Position numbers and translations under genes: made by a program. A stretch of 64,000 bases of DNA from Callorhinchus milii. Taxonomy: Eukaryota. The DNA lies in NCBI RefSeq assembly GCF_018977255.1, contig NW_024704742.1, positions 101,930,001-101,994,000 on the forward strand. The letters run 5' to 3'. A model generated the notes under the pieces. That model was not told the DNA's origin, made no database searches, and saw only the letters and a program-made list of their open reading frames with translations. This document shows positions 61,661 through 64,000 of this stretch, piece by piece (the stretch's first letter is position 1; each line of letters starts with the position of its first letter).

Positions 61661-64000
61661 TAATAATAATTTCCTGCTGTTAGATCTACTTTCCATGTAA
61701 CTCTATTTGTTGACAGGTTAGGGTAACAAGCAATAACAAACAGATGTTAACATTTTTAACTGTTTGCTTAGCGCCTCCAGGTCAGACTCATTCGATGGTC
61801 CACTTAGTAGCTGAACCATTCCCTGGTCTGTATTGAGTTAGATGATCTTAGCTGGGATGACACTAGTGGTGTATTTATCCTGGTCAGAGAGGGAACGAAC
61901 AACCAAAGCTCCCATTTCTAGGTAAAGAGGAAGTGAGCGAGCCCTGATGGAAATGTAGATCGCACCTGAAGATCTTCTCTTTCACTGGGCCGAGGATCAC
62001 CTCGACCTTCTGCCTGGCTCGCCATCTAACTATGCCATTGTTCAGGGTTCCACGTTTCTACCTTGTGTGAAGGGCTCTGTATAAATGGAAGTTATTGTGC
62101 GTCGGCTGAGGTGGGAATGGTTAAATAACCTGTTGAGATTTGAACTCAAACACGTACAAGAATAAATGAACATTTGGCAAAGGTATCTTAGGTCACCTGG
62201 CCCCTATGGAGGCCCTCCTTGCTGGAGGGAGAAAATAAAATTGCCCTGTTCTTTCTGGTTGTGACAGCTTTAAACTCACACTTATTTTCTATATTCCACT
62301 TGAAATATTCAGTTTTATTCTGCACTTCGAGGGCAATACTGAAGCTGAACAAGATTATCATTATGTCAGTTTAAAAAGCACTCTGAAGACTGAGTTGCTC
62401 CTTGATCAGGTGATCCTTGATGGGAACGGATCACAAAGCAACCAAGATGTTTCAATGGCGATGCTGATTTTAAAAGATTGTAACTTTCTATTTGGAACGT
62501 TTATGAAATATATGTTGGATAAAATAGGGAAGCTAAGATTCAACCGGGAGCTCTGAAAATTGATGGCTGTGGTTCTCCACATGCTGGGGCTTGTGCACTT
62601 TCCAAAGATGGTGAACAAGTAACAGATGACACTTGTCACCTTAACAGAGGGTTCAAGAACAACAATAGGCAGAGGCACGAGGCAAGAATTTTCAGCCCTT
62701 GTCCTCAGCTGGGGAATGGTGTGTGGAAGTAAAACAGAATGGAGTATGTAAAAAGAAGGGATCAAAAAATTAAGAGCCTGTGTGAGATTGACATGGCTGA
62801 ACTTCATAGATTAGCTTGCCCCGTCTCATGTGACTATATGACCTCTAAATCAGCTCTGTTTAATCACATAGGACACAATCATCAAACCAAAGTGTGTGGT
62901 GTGCGGTGGGGGGATCACAGCCACAGTCAGTCTTCAGGAAGAGATGAGAAAAGGCAATGTTTCTTAACAGATTTGATAACACATTTGTTGACATTGAATT
63001 TCTTATGAAACTGCATTCTTCACCCAACTGGTTTTCTTGTTGGATAATAAAACACATGGCTGCATTCTGTTTAACCCCAAACTAGTTTACTGAGAAATAC
63101 TGGATTATGCATGGTTCGGGATTTCTGTGTATTGCAGATAACAATATAAAAGCTGTGGTGGTTTAGCATCCCAGCTTACTTAATCACTCACTTAGCAATT
63201 CAGCCCTGTTCCAACCAAACAGACCACAATAGGCAGAGGCATGAGGCAAGAAAAGGCACTTTCAAAAACTGGATTTCACACAAAATTGATTAGACCTTCT
63301 AAAATCCACCAGTATCTCCACATGAAATATGCTCCTGTATTTGGTGCGATGCCTTAGCATTAAATGGCAGACAATAGAACAGTGTTGTTTTAGAGGGAAG
63401 GGTGGAAGTGGGAGGTGGGGGGTTTGGAATTAAGATTTTTGTAATTATGGTTTATGCTTAGATCAGGAATTCTGTGCAATGGGAGTGGCTGGGATGTGGT
63501 TTATTACATGGATCAGCAACTCTGCTTGTCTCAGATATGCGCTTATCTGAAGTCGATTTTTTAAAAAAAATGAAATGTGAGCGCAGAGCGTCAGATGTCT
63601 GGTTGACTTTTCAGCGCAGTGACTTTGACAGTAACAGGTATAATATGGAGAAGGTCATACGGGCTTTTAATTTTTTCCACATTTTCTTTCCATCTTTCCT
63701 CCCTTCCTTCCCCTCCCCTGAGGCATTTGCTTTATATCCATATGCTTGCTATTCATTACTTGATACATTAGGTGGCAGTCAGTGGGCTTGAAAGAACATT
63801 TGAAAAGCATATCTGAGGAGATGTTCATTTAGTCAGGAATCTTGCTATCCAGTGAGGATTGTTGAGAAGTAAACATGTGTGGGTGTTGAGAGAGGACAGA
63901 ATGGGAAAGAATGTCAAAAGATCTGCAGAAAACAGCTTTCCAAATTGCGTGAGGACTGAATTGAAGTTTTTCCAAAATGCGTACTCCACAATCTTTGATT

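Noticed and set aside
1..64000. CRISPR arrays, operons or prokaryotic defence/retron systems suggested by RT ORFs near repeats
   Set aside because: The sequence is a spliced vertebrate locus. The RTs are L2 and CR1, and the repeats are dispersed SINEs with no regular repeat-spacer structure.

Overview
Eukaryotic, repeat-rich vertebrate DNA. The repeat repertoire (L2 and CR1 LINEs, Deu-domain SINEs, tRNA/CORE-like SINEs, a Penelope-like element) points to a cartilaginous fish, probably a chimaera or elephant-shark relative; this is an inference. The only host gene I can support is DTWD2 (tRNA-uridine aminocarboxypropyltransferase 2) on the + strand. It has three internal coding exons at 13049-13139, 16612-16706 and 41859-42051 (91, 95 and 193 nt) with GT-AG boundaries and compatible phases, and the last one carries the DGTW motif. 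None of these exons is in the supplied ORF track. I did not find the first or last exons, so the rest of the window is probably DTWD2 intron. The long supplied ORFs are mostly pieces of LINEs or SINEs. The most notable observations are: a minimal hammerhead ribozyme in a Penelope-like element on the pre-mRNA strand; two clear and one weaker short local duplications that are circularly permuted relative to their donors; a 626-bp solo LTR with a 4-bp TSD; a possible SINE+CR1 two-template insertion; a mosaic CORE/Deu/L2-tail SINE with long and short subfamilies; and an unclassified ancient repeat family. I see no evidence for a new protein-coding system. Repeat boundaries were read by eye and are approximate.
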